A stretch of DNA of 43,235 bases from Patescibacteria group bacterium (GTDB lineage Bacteria; Patescibacteriota; Minisyncoccia; UBA6257; 02-FULL-45-10c): contig JAGWKK010000002.1 in the NCBI GenBank assembly GCA_028865335.1, positions 1 to 43,235 of the forward strand. Reading direction: 5' to 3'. The position numbers and the translations under genes are program-made. Position 1 is the stretch's first letter, and each line of letters opens with the position of its first letter. Below, in pieces: positions 11,680 through 19,861 of this stretch. The notes under the pieces were generated by a model that had not been told where the DNA came from, ran no database searches, and saw nothing but the letters and a program-made list of their open reading frames with translations.

Positions 11680-12399
11680 TTATTTATAGATCCACAGCTT
11701 CGCGGACATGCCGTTTTTCAGCTCAGGGTATTGAGTGGTATCGAACCGGACTTTGATGTCGAACTGATTGGTCGGGCGCTGGTCGGAAATATTGAACACC
11801 ACGTCGCCTTGGCGCGATGACGGACTGACTTCGTCCACCACGCCGAAATATTCCTTCGATCCGAACGCATCCACGGTGAAGATCGCGGTCTGGCCCACGC
11901 GGACATACTGGAGTCCTTTGTCTTCCTCCAGATGGCCGACGACGCGGAGATCCGCCGGATTGATCATGGATACCACGGTTTCGCCGCGGTTGAAAAGCTT
12001 CCCAATCGCGTCGTTCACGGCAACCACCACGCCCGCTTCCTTGGCTTTGATGAGTTCATTATCCACGCGCGCCACGACGGTATTCGCGGGAACGCTGTCT
12101 CCTTCTTTGACGAACACTTCCTGAAGAATGCCCGCATTCTGCGGAGCGAGATCCGTCTGCGTCGCCGAGATTTGGGAGTTTTCGATATAGACGCGGCTCT
12201 GGACCACGTTCCAGTACACGAGGCCGCCGACGATCAACGCCAGCGCCGCCAGGATGACGCCGCCCATGACCCAGACGTTCCGCATAAGGCGCCGGAGCAT
12301 CTTTTCCTCCTTTTTAATTTCACCAAGTACTTCCTTCTCTTGGGCGAGGATTTTCCTTTCTTCGTTCAGAATATTCTTTTCCGCAGTGTTCTGTGCCAT
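11680..12399 (-). CDS. HlyD/EmrA-family membrane fusion protein (short)
   Basis: N-terminal TM, lipoyl/beta-barrel HlyD motifs (VKEGDSV..., GMSAKLWI). ATG 12399 preferred over TTG 12420. Confidence 0.8.
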   Translation of the reverse strand: MAQNTAEKNILNEERKILAQEKEVLGEIKKEEKMLRRLMRNVWVMGGVILAALALIVGGLVYWNVVQSRVYIENSQISATQTDLAPQNAGILQEVFVKEGDSVPANTVVARVDNELIKAKEAGVVVAVNDAIGKLFNRGETVVSMINPADLRVVGHLEEDKGLQYVRVGQTAIFTVDAFGSKEYFGVVDEVSPSSRQGDVVFNISDQRPTNQFDIKVRFDTTQYPELKNGMSAKLWIYK

Positions 12400-12403
12400 A
12401 TGA

Positions 12404-13849
12404 TTAGTATCCGCCGTCAAAGGCGATTATTTTTTCTCCCTCGCTCAGCCCCGAGAGAATTTCCACCTTTCCGTTTTCGCCGGTGACGCCGAGCGTGACC
12501 GTGCGCTCTTCAGGAGTGCCTGATCCGGTATCCACAAGAACGATATAGCCGCCGTCTTTGGTGATGACCGACGAGCGGGGGATCGCGATGACATTGCCGC
12601 GGGTTGCGGTAAGGATGTTCACGTTGCCGTTCATGCCCGCTTTAATGCGGCTGTCCGGATTCGTGAAGACGACGGTGACGGTGTATTGAGAGACGCCGTT
12701 CACGATGGTCGCCGCCGGGTCCACCTTGGAAACCGTTGCGTCAAAAACCACGCCGCTGCCGTAGGCGTCAAGGGTGATCTGAGCCGCATTGCCGACTTTC
12801 ACTTTCGCGACATCGGTTTCGGCGACCGGCACTTCGATCTGGAACGCGGAAGATGAAATGACCGATACGAGCGGGACATTCGGCGTCACGATCTGTCCGA
12901 CTTTCGCATCCTGGCGGGAAACGACGCCGTTGATCGGCGACCGGATGATCGTTTTGGCGATCTGTGCCTGGATGGTGGCGATATTCGCCGCATAGGAATC
13001 AACGGTCGATTGCTGGGAGGCGATCGCGGCTGTACCGGCATCGATTGAACGCTTCTGTCCGTCGAGCTCGCTCAACGCGGCGTTCACTTCAGTGGTCGCG
13101 GCGGAGATGAGTGTCTTGTCCGCATCCGCCTGTGCCTGGGTCAGGCCGTAGTATTTGTTCATCGCATCACTGAGCGCGCCGATGAAGTTCTGCACATTCA
13201 CGAGATGCTGGCGAGTAGGAGAAAGGGAAGCGTACAGCGTGCTAGTGCTTGCGTTGGCAAGTCCCGCGATGTCGGAACGCCAGGTACTCAGCTCGGTCTG
13301 CATGAGCAGCCGGCCGGTCTGGACTTCGTTCTGCGCCTGGAAATCACTGGTTTTGAAATTAAGCAGCGGCTGGTCCGATTCAGGATTCGTGAAAAGATTA
13401 TCTCCCTGGTTCCGCACCGCATCGTTCGCTTTCGCGAAGACGTCGTTCAGCGTGGTCAGAATCGTGTCGTATTGGTTCGCAAGATCCGTCCGGTCTTTTG
13501 CCAGGGTCGCCTGTTGCGCCTCAAGATCGGCGTTCGCCTTATCAAGCTGGGCGTTCAAATCGGAGCTGTCGAGCATCACCAGCCACTGACCGGCCGTTAC
13601 TGATGCGCCGACATCCTGCAATACCGAAACGACTCTGCCGCTGACCTGGAATGCGAGATCCGCATTCTTTACCGGCGTCACGACGCCGTTTGCCTGCACG
13701 ACCTCGGTCAGATCCGCCCGTCCGACAGTGAGCGTGCTCGCCGATGACTTACCGCCGGCGTTCAGATACCAAACAACGCCGCTGATGACTGCCAGCGCCG
13801 CAACCCCCGCGCCGGCGAGAAGCATCTTTTTTGAAGACAATATATTCAT
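12404..13849 (-). CDS. periplasmic adaptor / membrane fusion protein with long coiled coil (MacA/HlyD-like)
   Basis: TM anchor, long alpha-helical hairpin, beta-barrel C-terminus (VKVGNAAQITLDA...). Confidence 0.8.
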   Translation of the reverse strand: MNILSSKKMLLAGAGVAALAVISGVVWYLNAGGKSSASTLTVGRADLTEVVQANGVVTPVKNADLAFQVSGRVVSVLQDVGASVTAGQWLVMLDSSDLNAQLDKANADLEAQQATLAKDRTDLANQYDTILTTLNDVFAKANDAVRNQGDNLFTNPESDQPLLNFKTSDFQAQNEVQTGRLLMQTELSTWRSDIAGLANASTSTLYASLSPTRQHLVNVQNFIGALSDAMNKYYGLTQAQADADKTLISAATTEVNAALSELDGQKRSIDAGTAAIASQQSTVDSYAANIATIQAQIAKTIIRSPINGVVSRQDAKVGQIVTPNVPLVSVISSSAFQIEVPVAETDVAKVKVGNAAQITLDAYGSGVVFDATVSKVDPAATIVNGVSQYTVTVVFTNPDSRIKAGMNGNVNILTATRGNVIAIPRSSVITKDGGYIVLVDTGSGTPEERTVTLGVTGENGKVEILSGLSEGEKIIAFDGGY

Positions 13850-13895
13850 ACAATACTTTAGATTCTAACATAACGGGCGGCGAGAAATCAAATCC

Positions 13896-13917
13896 AAAAA
13901 AAGCCGCTTTAAGCGGC
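13896..13917 (-). terminator. intrinsic terminator for ORF 14028..14648
   Basis: GCCGC-TTTAA-GCGGC hairpin followed on the minus strand by a U-run (A-run 13896-13902 on plus). Confidence 0.5.
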
Positions 13918-14027
13918 GGCTTGTCGTTATGATCATAAAAAGTTCAACTCATTCAATTAGAATAAGATAACACCGACCAGCGGTATGTTGCGCTTTTGCG
14001 GTTCGCTTGGATTATGATGGAACCTTT

Positions 14028-14648
14028 TTAATCCCTTAAATCTGGTAATGCATTGACGATCTTATCCCAAACTTGCTTAATCTCATCTATAGAATACATT
14101 CTTTTAAATCTGATCCTTAAGTGATCCGGCTCTATAATAAGATTGATATCCTGTTCGCGAAGTTTATTTTTCAAATTTTCAAAATCAGCGGGATGCTGAA
14201 AATATTTCTCCATAAATCCGATCATTTGACCGGCGCCGGGATCAAACCCCGATTCATAGGTTTTATATCCTTTATCCTGTATTTTTACAATCGCATCTCT
14301 AACCTCCGGCTCAATCATTTCCATAAGCACTCCTAATTTTTGTTCTGCTGGAGTTTTAACAGGATTTTCTTGTCTACGCTTTTCAAGCGCCTTACTCATT
14401 TCGGCGAGGGTTGATTTGCGTAGCATAGCATATTGCGAATAAAGCTCTATTTGTTCTTTTGTGCAACCGGATAAGATTCGCAATCTTTCGAGCTCCTCAG
14501 GCAGATGGTTTTGCAAAACTTTTTCTATTGATTCCTCATCATATGTTTTATTATTTGGATTATATCCAAATAAAGCCCCGTCCTCGGGCGTCGGGATTTC
14601 TGGCGCGCTTTCCCTTGATCGCCTTGGTCCTTGTTTTTCTGGGTTCAT
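14028..14648 (-). CDS. hypothetical protein (206 aa), low-GC orphan
   Basis: Long ORF in a visibly AT-rich stretch next to the tRNA-Gln locus; no recognisable motif. Confidence 0.6.
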   Translation of the reverse strand: MNPEKQGPRRSRESAPEIPTPEDGALFGYNPNNKTYDEESIEKVLQNHLPEELERLRILSGCTKEQIELYSQYAMLRKSTLAEMSKALEKRRQENPVKTPAEQKLGVLMEMIEPEVRDAIVKIQDKGYKTYESGFDPGAGQMIGFMEKYFQHPADFENLKNKLREQDINLIIEPDHLRIRFKRMYSIDEIKQVWDKIVNALPDLRD

Positions 14649-14689
14649 GGATTACTAATAATTTATCACAAATACATTGATACGCACAT

Positions 14690-14880
14690 CACTTCTCGAC
14701 GGGGCGCAAGAATCAAGGCCCGCTCGCTGACTACCTGCAGGCACAGGCTCACTCGAACCGCGTCTGGGCACCCCTGCCTGCCGGCAGGCAGGTTCGGTTT
14801 CCCATCCCTTCCTGATGCGCCTGTCCCGCCAAAGCTTCAGCGGCGGAGGAGGGTGCTGCTGGTTCGAATCCCTTAGTCAC
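14690..14880. other. GC-rich structured non-coding segment with tRNA T-arm-like fragment
   Basis: Perfect 20-nt palindrome CCTGCCTGCCGGCAGGCAGG, hairpin CCCGCC-AAAGCTTCAGC-GGCGG, and GCTGGTTCGAATCC at 14858-14871 without a pairing T-stem. Confidence 0.3.
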
Positions 14881-14910
14881 AATATTTAAAAATTATATGT
14901 ATCGTAATTG

Positions 14911-14981
14911 TTCCGAGACAGGGATTCGAACCCCAATTTTCGCTTCCAGAGAGCGACGTCCTACCATTAGACGATCTCGGA
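14911..14981 (-). tRNA. tRNA-Gln (anticodon CUG)
   Basis: Hand-folded cloverleaf: acceptor TCCGAGA/TCTCGGA (U1-A72), U8, A14, GG in the D-loop, anticodon stem TCGCT/AGCGA, loop CUCUGGA, T-arm TGGGG-TTCGAAT-CCCTG. Confidence 0.9.
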
Positions 14982-15227
14982 ATATATCGTACCCAGCTTT
15001 CGCTTCAAAACCTTCTTTCCTTTGGCGCTTTTGTAGAACCTCTCCATCTCAAAAGCTTTATATAGATTCTCATACCCCTCCGAATAAATCAACGCTAAAG
15101 GTCGGCGACTTTTCGTAGATCGGACATAGCCATTATTATGATATTCCAATCGATCCTTAAGAGAAGCCGTGCATCCTATATATAGCTTCTTATCTTTCAA
15201 GCTTTTGAGAACGTACAGATACTGCAT
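14967..15227 (-). CDS. GIY-YIG nuclease superfamily protein (86 aa, UPF0213/YhbQ-like)
   Basis: YLYVLKS...KLYIGCT...RLEYHNNG...RRPL.LIY.E...E motif series. The last 5 codons and the TAA stop overlap tRNA-Gln nt 1-15. Confidence 0.85.
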   Translation of the reverse strand: MQYLYVLKSLKDKKLYIGCTASLKDRLEYHNNGYVRSTKSRRPLALIYSEGYENLYKAFEMERFYKSAKGKKVLKRKLGTIYSEIV

Positions 15228-15250
15228 GGTGATAGCTTGCTATCATTGCC

Positions 15251-15308
15251 GAGCGACGTCCTACCATTAGCCTCGCCCATAGGCTACGGCCGAGGGACGA
15301 TCTCGGAA
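15251..15308 (-). pseudogene. orphaned 5' half of tRNA-Gln (nt 1-32) interrupted by a 26-nt hairpin
   Basis: 15251-15270 and 15297-15308 are identical to 14951-14970 and 14971-14982; 15271-15296 is an inserted hairpin; identity stops in the anticodon loop. Confidence 0.7.
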
Positions 15309-15431
15309 TATCAAAAGACTACCTTGTATAGTGTACGTCACCTGCTGATAAAATTCAACGGCATGTGTACAACTCAATGATGGAATATGCTATGCTTATT
15401 CTTGTATCACAATTAACAACTATTTTCACAT

Positions 15432-16055
15432 ATGAACAGCAACAAGTTCATGGATGTAAATCCGCAAAAAAGAGGCGAGGGGATGATGGGTGATGAAATG
15501 CCGATGGAAGGAATGTCCCGGCCGTCGCGTTTGGGTAAATTAAAGGACATGTGCGCAAAATGCTATCCGCGCACGGCGTATGGCTGGCTTGCCACCCTGG
15601 TCGGCGCAGTATTGGTATGGTATCTGCTTGTTTCCTTGAGCATTCTGCCGTCACTGACGTTCCCGCTGGTTGATGGCGGAAAGTGGCAGGCGGTGTTCCT
15701 GTCCAACGGCCAGGTCTATTTCGGCCATCTGCACGAATTGAACAGCGACTACGTTGATCTTACGAACATCTATTATCTGAATGTCACCGGCCAGGCGCAG
15801 TCAACAAGTCCGAACGCCCAGCAGCAAATCAGCTTGGTAAAGATGGGCAATGAATTGTACGCACCGGAAGATATGATGAACATTCCGAAGTCGCAGATCG
15901 TCCACTGGGAGAACATGCAGGCGAATTCGCCGGTAGTGCAGGCGATTGCCGCCGCAGTCACCCAGGCACAGCAACGGGCCGCAGCTCCCGCAGCAAATGC
16001 TCCGACAGCTCAGCAACCGGCTGCAGCCCCGGCAGCGACCGCTCCCGCAAAATAG
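15432..16055 (+). CDS. hypothetical membrane-anchored protein with Ala/Gln/Pro-rich tail (207 aa)
   Basis: Single TM (WLATLVGAVLVWYLLVSLSIL) and low-complexity C-terminus. Confidence 0.65.
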   Translation: MNSNKFMDVNPQKRGEGMMGDEMPMEGMSRPSRLGKLKDMCAKCYPRTAYGWLATLVGAVLVWYLLVSLSILPSLTFPLVDGGKWQAVFLSNGQVYFGHLHELNSDYVDLTNIYYLNVTGQAQSTSPNAQQQISLVKMGNELYAPEDMMNIPKSQIVHWENMQANSPVVQAIAAAVTQAQQRAAAPAANAPTAQQPAAAPAATAPAK

Positions 16056-16065
16056 TGTCGCTATT

Positions 16066-16092
16066 CAAAAAACGCCCCTTCGGGCGTTTTTT
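16066..16092. terminator. bidirectional intrinsic terminator
   Basis: AAAAAACGCCC-CTTC-GGGCGTTTTTT between convergent genes. Confidence 0.7.
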
Positions 16093-16103
16093 GTTTTGAG
16101 CTG

Positions 16104-16880
16104 TTATCCGATCAGATCGCGGTAGCCGTTCATGAAATCCGCGTAGGTCATCGGCTTCTTTCCTTCGGGCTGCACTTTCTTCAGATCGAGCCTCCCGTCG
16201 GCAAGATCCGCCTCCAAAAGCTTCAGGCGCAGATCTTTTCCATTCTTCAGATGCAGTACCGTAAAAGCACCCGGCTCCGGATTGAGCGCGCGGATTTTCA
16301 GCCATGCTGACCGGGGATCGCCCGCCAGATCGACTTCGGCATCAGCGGTGACAAATTTGCGCGTAAACGTCGCCTTCGATTCGTCCTGGGGCACGGCGGT
16401 CAGGGAGTCGTCCAGCCAGGCCGGCATCGTCGCGATCAGCAGGTCGGCGCTCAGGCGAGCCAGTTTTTCAATCAGCGAAACATACGTGTCCTGATCGGTG
16501 ATGGCGAGTTTTTTTTCTGCAAGCACCGGTCCGTTGTCCACTTTTTCATCGATCAGGAACAACGCCGTCCCGGTTTCATTCTCATCATGCAACAGAACGC
16601 TCTGTACCGGCGACGCGCCGCGGTAGCGGGGGAGCAGCGACGGATGGATACCGATGGTGCCGCGCGGCGGAATGATAAGCAGATCCTTTTTGAGGATCTT
16701 CCCGAACGCGGCGACAACGAAGAAATCCGCATTGAGCGAACGCAGGTGGTCCAGGTCCAGCGGCTTTTTGGCATCGCGGACCGCCTCAACCGGCGGCATC
16801 CCGGCCGCAATCAGGGAATCCAGAATGATCTGAGCGAAGGCGGATTCGCGTCCGCCGAAGAAAATATAGCGAGGTATCAT
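16104..16880 (-). CDS. fmt: methionyl-tRNA formyltransferase (short, 258 aa)
   Basis: HPSLLPRYRGASPVQ motif; immediately downstream of def. Confidence 0.9.
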   Translation of the reverse strand: MIPRYIFFGGRESAFAQIILDSLIAAGMPPVEAVRDAKKPLDLDHLRSLNADFFVVAAFGKILKKDLLIIPPRGTIGIHPSLLPRYRGASPVQSVLLHDENETGTALFLIDEKVDNGPVLAEKKLAITDQDTYVSLIEKLARLSADLLIATMPAWLDDSLTAVPQDESKATFTRKFVTADAEVDLAGDPRSAWLKIRALNPEPGAFTVLHLKNGKDLRLKLLEADLADGRLDLKKVQPEGKKPMTYADFMNGYRDLIG

Positions 16881-16975
16881 GTGTCAAGTATCAAGTGTCA
16901 GGTTATGGAGTGTCAAGGATTCGTCTTTGTTGCGCGACCCTCCTTTATTCCTAATTCGTTATTCCCGATTCGTCA
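16881..16975. repeat. phased heptamer stutter tract (fmt-def spacer, running into the def 3' end)
   Basis: gtgtcaa|gtatcaa|gtgtcag ... tttattc|ctaattc|gttattc|ccgattc. Confidence 0.6.
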
Positions 16976-17453
16976 GTTCATAGGTATGCAGATCTTTCGC
17001 CTTATCAATGAAAACGGTGCCGTTCAGGTGGTCCGATTCGTGCTGGAAAATGCGCGCGAGCAGACCCCATGCCTTTATCTTGATCTTCTTCCCGTTGCGG
17101 TCGTACCCCTCAAGCACCACGCGCATGGGACGGGTCACCTCGCCGAAAATATTCGGTACGCTCAAGCATCCTTCTTCCAGCGTGCTTTTCTCGTCGGAAA
17201 CCTTGGTCAGCTTGGAATTGAAGATGGCGTAGAATTTTCCTTCCGCCTGCGCGACGAACACGTGCATGTCCAATCCGATCTGATTCGCGCTGAGTCCGAC
17301 GCCGTTGGCGTTTTTCATCGCTTCGCGCATCGTCTTCAGCAGGTCGCGGATCTCCTGTTTGGAATGCTTGGCGAAATCAAACGGCGCCATCTTTTTGCGC
17401 AGCAGCTTCGCCTCCTGTTTGTTGTCGATAAGCCAGATGCCGTATTCGGTCAT
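16959..17453 (-). CDS. def: peptide deformylase
   Basis: GLSANQIG, EGCLSVP and HESDHLNG motifs. Confidence 0.95.
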   Translation of the reverse strand: MTEYGIWLIDNKQEAKLLRKKMAPFDFAKHSKQEIRDLLKTMREAMKNANGVGLSANQIGLDMHVFVAQAEGKFYAIFNSKLTKVSDEKSTLEEGCLSVPNIFGEVTRPMRVVLEGYDRNGKKIKIKAWGLLARIFQHESDHLNGTVFIDKAKDLHTYELTNRE

Positions 17454-17481
17454 AGGAAAGTGAAAAGTTTAAAATTAAAAG

Positions 17482-17790
17482 TTAAAAAAGGGATGCTTTA
17501 GGTTTCGATTTCGGATCGTCGTTACGCCGGCGTTCCTGGAGCAGTTTCATGAAATAGGCACCCTTATTCTCCACCGATTTCCGTTCGGCGATGTCCTTCG
17601 CGATGCGGACCAGTTCGGCGCTGTTGTGGGTTTTTGCGAGGCGCATATAGAGCGATTTATGTTCCTTATCGCCCAGAATCTCCGCGAGAAGAAGTCCTGT
17701 GGACTGGTGCGGCTGGTAGACGTGGGATTTCTTCACCCGGTCTTTCAGGGTGTTCACGTAGCTTTTATTGAGGTCGCCGAGCTGATCCAT
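17482..17790 (-). CDS. hypothetical protein (102 aa)
   Basis: ORF heading the def-fmt transcription unit; no motif recognised. Confidence 0.55.
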   Translation of the reverse strand: MDQLGDLNKSYVNTLKDRVKKSHVYQPHQSTGLLLAEILGDKEHKSLYMRLAKTHNSAELVRIAKDIAERKSVENKGAYFMKLLQERRRNDDPKSKPKASLF

Positions 17791-17835
17791 AGGATGATTT
17801 TATTGTATGCTATTATTGAAATACGTTCTACTCCC

Positions 17836-18393
17836 ATGAAAAGGCGACTCTTTCTTTCCATCGCGATTCCCCGGCGGATCAATGACGCCATCGGGCGTGA
17901 AGTGGAGAAAATCCGCTACGGCTTCACCGACGAAGTCCGTTTCATTGATGACGCGGAACGGCACATCACGATCTCTTTTCTCGGTTCCCAGGCCGATGAA
18001 GCCATGGCGGACATCTCCGGCGCGATGGCGGTTGCGCGGACATTCCCGGCTCCGACGGTCAGCTTCGATATGATTACCTACGGTCCGCGGCGGGGGGAAC
18101 CGCGAATGATCTGGCTGAACGGCGACCTTGAGACCGATAAAACCCTCCATGAATTGAAAGAGGAAGTGGAAAATCGGCTTATCGACGGCGGCATCAGTTT
18201 CCAGCGGGAATATAAGCGTTTCCAGACACACGTCACGCTGGCGAAGATGAAAACGCATGAAGCGCTTCCGGAACTGTCCGTGCCGTTCCGGCATTCATTC
18301 GTCCCGGAGTCGCTGGACCTGATGGAATCGCACATGTCCCGCACCGGCGCGACGTACGAGCTTTTACAAAAAATGCCGTTTCAAGTATCATAA
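17836..18393 (+). CDS. thpR: RNA 2',3'-cyclic phosphodiesterase (2H phosphoesterase, LigT/ThpR-like)
   Basis: Two HxT/S motifs (HITISFLG, HVTLAK); ATG 17836 preferred over the listed 17626 start. Confidence 0.75.
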   Translation: MKRRLFLSIAIPRRINDAIGREVEKIRYGFTDEVRFIDDAERHITISFLGSQADEAMADISGAMAVARTFPAPTVSFDMITYGPRRGEPRMIWLNGDLETDKTLHELKEEVENRLIDGGISFQREYKRFQTHVTLAKMKTHEALPELSVPFRHSFVPESLDLMESHMSRTGATYELLQKMPFQVS

Positions 18394-19653
18394 ATGGATA
18401 TGCTGCAGCACTTCAGGGAGAAATACGGACATCGCATTCCATTGTATACGGCGGTTTTTATCGTGGCCGCTGCGGCGGGCATCGCGCTGTTCTACGGAGG
18501 ATATGAACTGGGCATCCGCCATCCGAAGGTGGTGACGCTGGACAATGTGACGAACACTGATGCCAAATCGGATATCACCGCGAATTTCGGCACGTTTTGG
18601 GAAGCCTGGGATGTCATGAAGAACGAATACCTGAAAGGAGCCGACCTGACGAATCAGAAGATGGTGTACGGCGCGATCACGGGCCTGGTCAATTCCGCCG
18701 GCGATCCGCACACGATATTCCTGCCTCCGCCTGATTCGGTGAAATTCCAGCAGGATGTATCCGGCAATTTCGGCGGCATCGGCGCGGAGATCGGCATCAA
18801 GAACAGCCAGCTTGTCATCATCGCTCCACTCAAGAACAATCCGGCCGAGCAGGCGGGTCTGAAAGCGGGGGATGCGATCGTCGCGATCGACGGTAAATCG
18901 ACCGACGGCATCGATGTGAACAGTGCGGTGGAGAAGATCCGCGGCGAAATCGGCACCACGGTGACGCTGACCATTTTCCGCGACGGCTGGGATCATACCA
19001 AGGACTTCAAACTGGTCCGCGCGAATATCCAGGTTCCGACGCTGGATACCGAAATGCTTCATATCAACGGCAAGACCATCGCGCACATCTCGCTGTACGC
19101 CTTCAACGAGAATGCTCCGCTCGGTTTCTATCAGGCTGCGCTGACGGCGCTCTTCAACAAGTCCGACGGCATCATCCTGGATCTTCGCGATAATCCGGGC
19201 GGCTATCTGGAGGTGGCGACCAATCTCGCCGGCTGGTTCGTGAACAAAGGAGCGGTCGTCGTCAAAGAACGTTATCGCACCGGTAACGAAGACACCTTCT
19301 ACGCGAACGGCAACGAAGCGCTGAAAGATGTGCCGATGGTGATCCTGGTGAATAAAGGTTCCGCATCCGCCTCTGAAATTCTCGCCGGCGCCCTCCGCGC
19401 GATCCGCGGCGTGAAACTGGTGGGTACGAACACGTATGGAAAGGGGACGGTGCAGGAACTCCGCACACTCAGTGACAACTCGCAGATCAAATTGACGATC
19501 GCCAACTGGGTATTGCCGGACGACACCATCATCAGCGAAGACGGCCTTGCGCCGGATGTGGAAGCGGACCTGTCCGATGCCGACATCGCAAATCACAACG
19601 ACAGCCAACTGAAAGCTGCTGAGGATACGCTGCTTAAGGAACTCGGCAAATAG
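18394..19653 (+). CDS. S41 carboxy-terminal processing protease with PDZ domain
   Basis: PDZ GLKAGDAIVAIDG; catalytic region NKGSASASEILAGAL. Confidence 0.9.
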   Translation: MDMLQHFREKYGHRIPLYTAVFIVAAAAGIALFYGGYELGIRHPKVVTLDNVTNTDAKSDITANFGTFWEAWDVMKNEYLKGADLTNQKMVYGAITGLVNSAGDPHTIFLPPPDSVKFQQDVSGNFGGIGAEIGIKNSQLVIIAPLKNNPAEQAGLKAGDAIVAIDGKSTDGIDVNSAVEKIRGEIGTTVTLTIFRDGWDHTKDFKLVRANIQVPTLDTEMLHINGKTIAHISLYAFNENAPLGFYQAALTALFNKSDGIILDLRDNPGGYLEVATNLAGWFVNKGAVVVKERYRTGNEDTFYANGNEALKDVPMVILVNKGSASASEILAGALRAIRGVKLVGTNTYGKGTVQELRTLSDNSQIKLTIANWVLPDDTIISEDGLAPDVEADLSDADIANHNDSQLKAAEDTLLKELGK

Positions 19654-19691
19654 TCCAGAGTCAAAGGTTGAAGGTCTATAAAGTGAGAAAT

Positions 19692-19820
19692 AAAAAAAGC
19701 CCCCGACCGAAGTCGGGGGGTACGAGAGCGGTCCTCCCACAGTACGAATACGAACAGCCGCAGGAGGCACACATGACCCCGAAGGGTCACCCCGGTTGCT
19801 TAAGCCGAGTAATTGTACGT
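19692..19820 (-). ncRNA. candidate small structured RNA (about 130 nt), promoter-to-terminator unit
   Basis: TTGACA (19855-19850), 17-nt spacer, TAGTAT (19832-19827). UUCG-capped hairpin GUGACCC/GGGUCAU. Terminator CCCCCGAC-UUCG-GUCGGGGG plus U-run. Shares a 41-nt module with 23214-23254. Confidence 0.5.
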
Positions 19821-19861
19821 GGTTTAATACTACCTCAATTCAAATAATTTGTCAATACCCT

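Noticed and set aside
14858-14880. Additional tRNA genes at 14858-14880 (+) and 39458-39480 (-)
   Set aside because: The GGTTCGAATCC loop is present, but the flanking T-stem strands (GCTGG against CCCTT or CCTCC) do not pair, and no full cloverleaf could be drawn.
14951-15250. Group I (or other) intron in the anticodon loop of tRNA-Gln
   Set aside because: The intervening 300 nt is almost entirely the 86-aa ORF, leaving no room for a ribozyme core. A complete, uninterrupted tRNA lies downstream, and the upstream half is broken by a hairpin.
18388-19770. 460-aa minus-strand ORF
   Set aside because: It is fully antisense to the S41 protease gene, which has clear PDZ and catalytic motifs. The translation is Arg-rich with no motifs.
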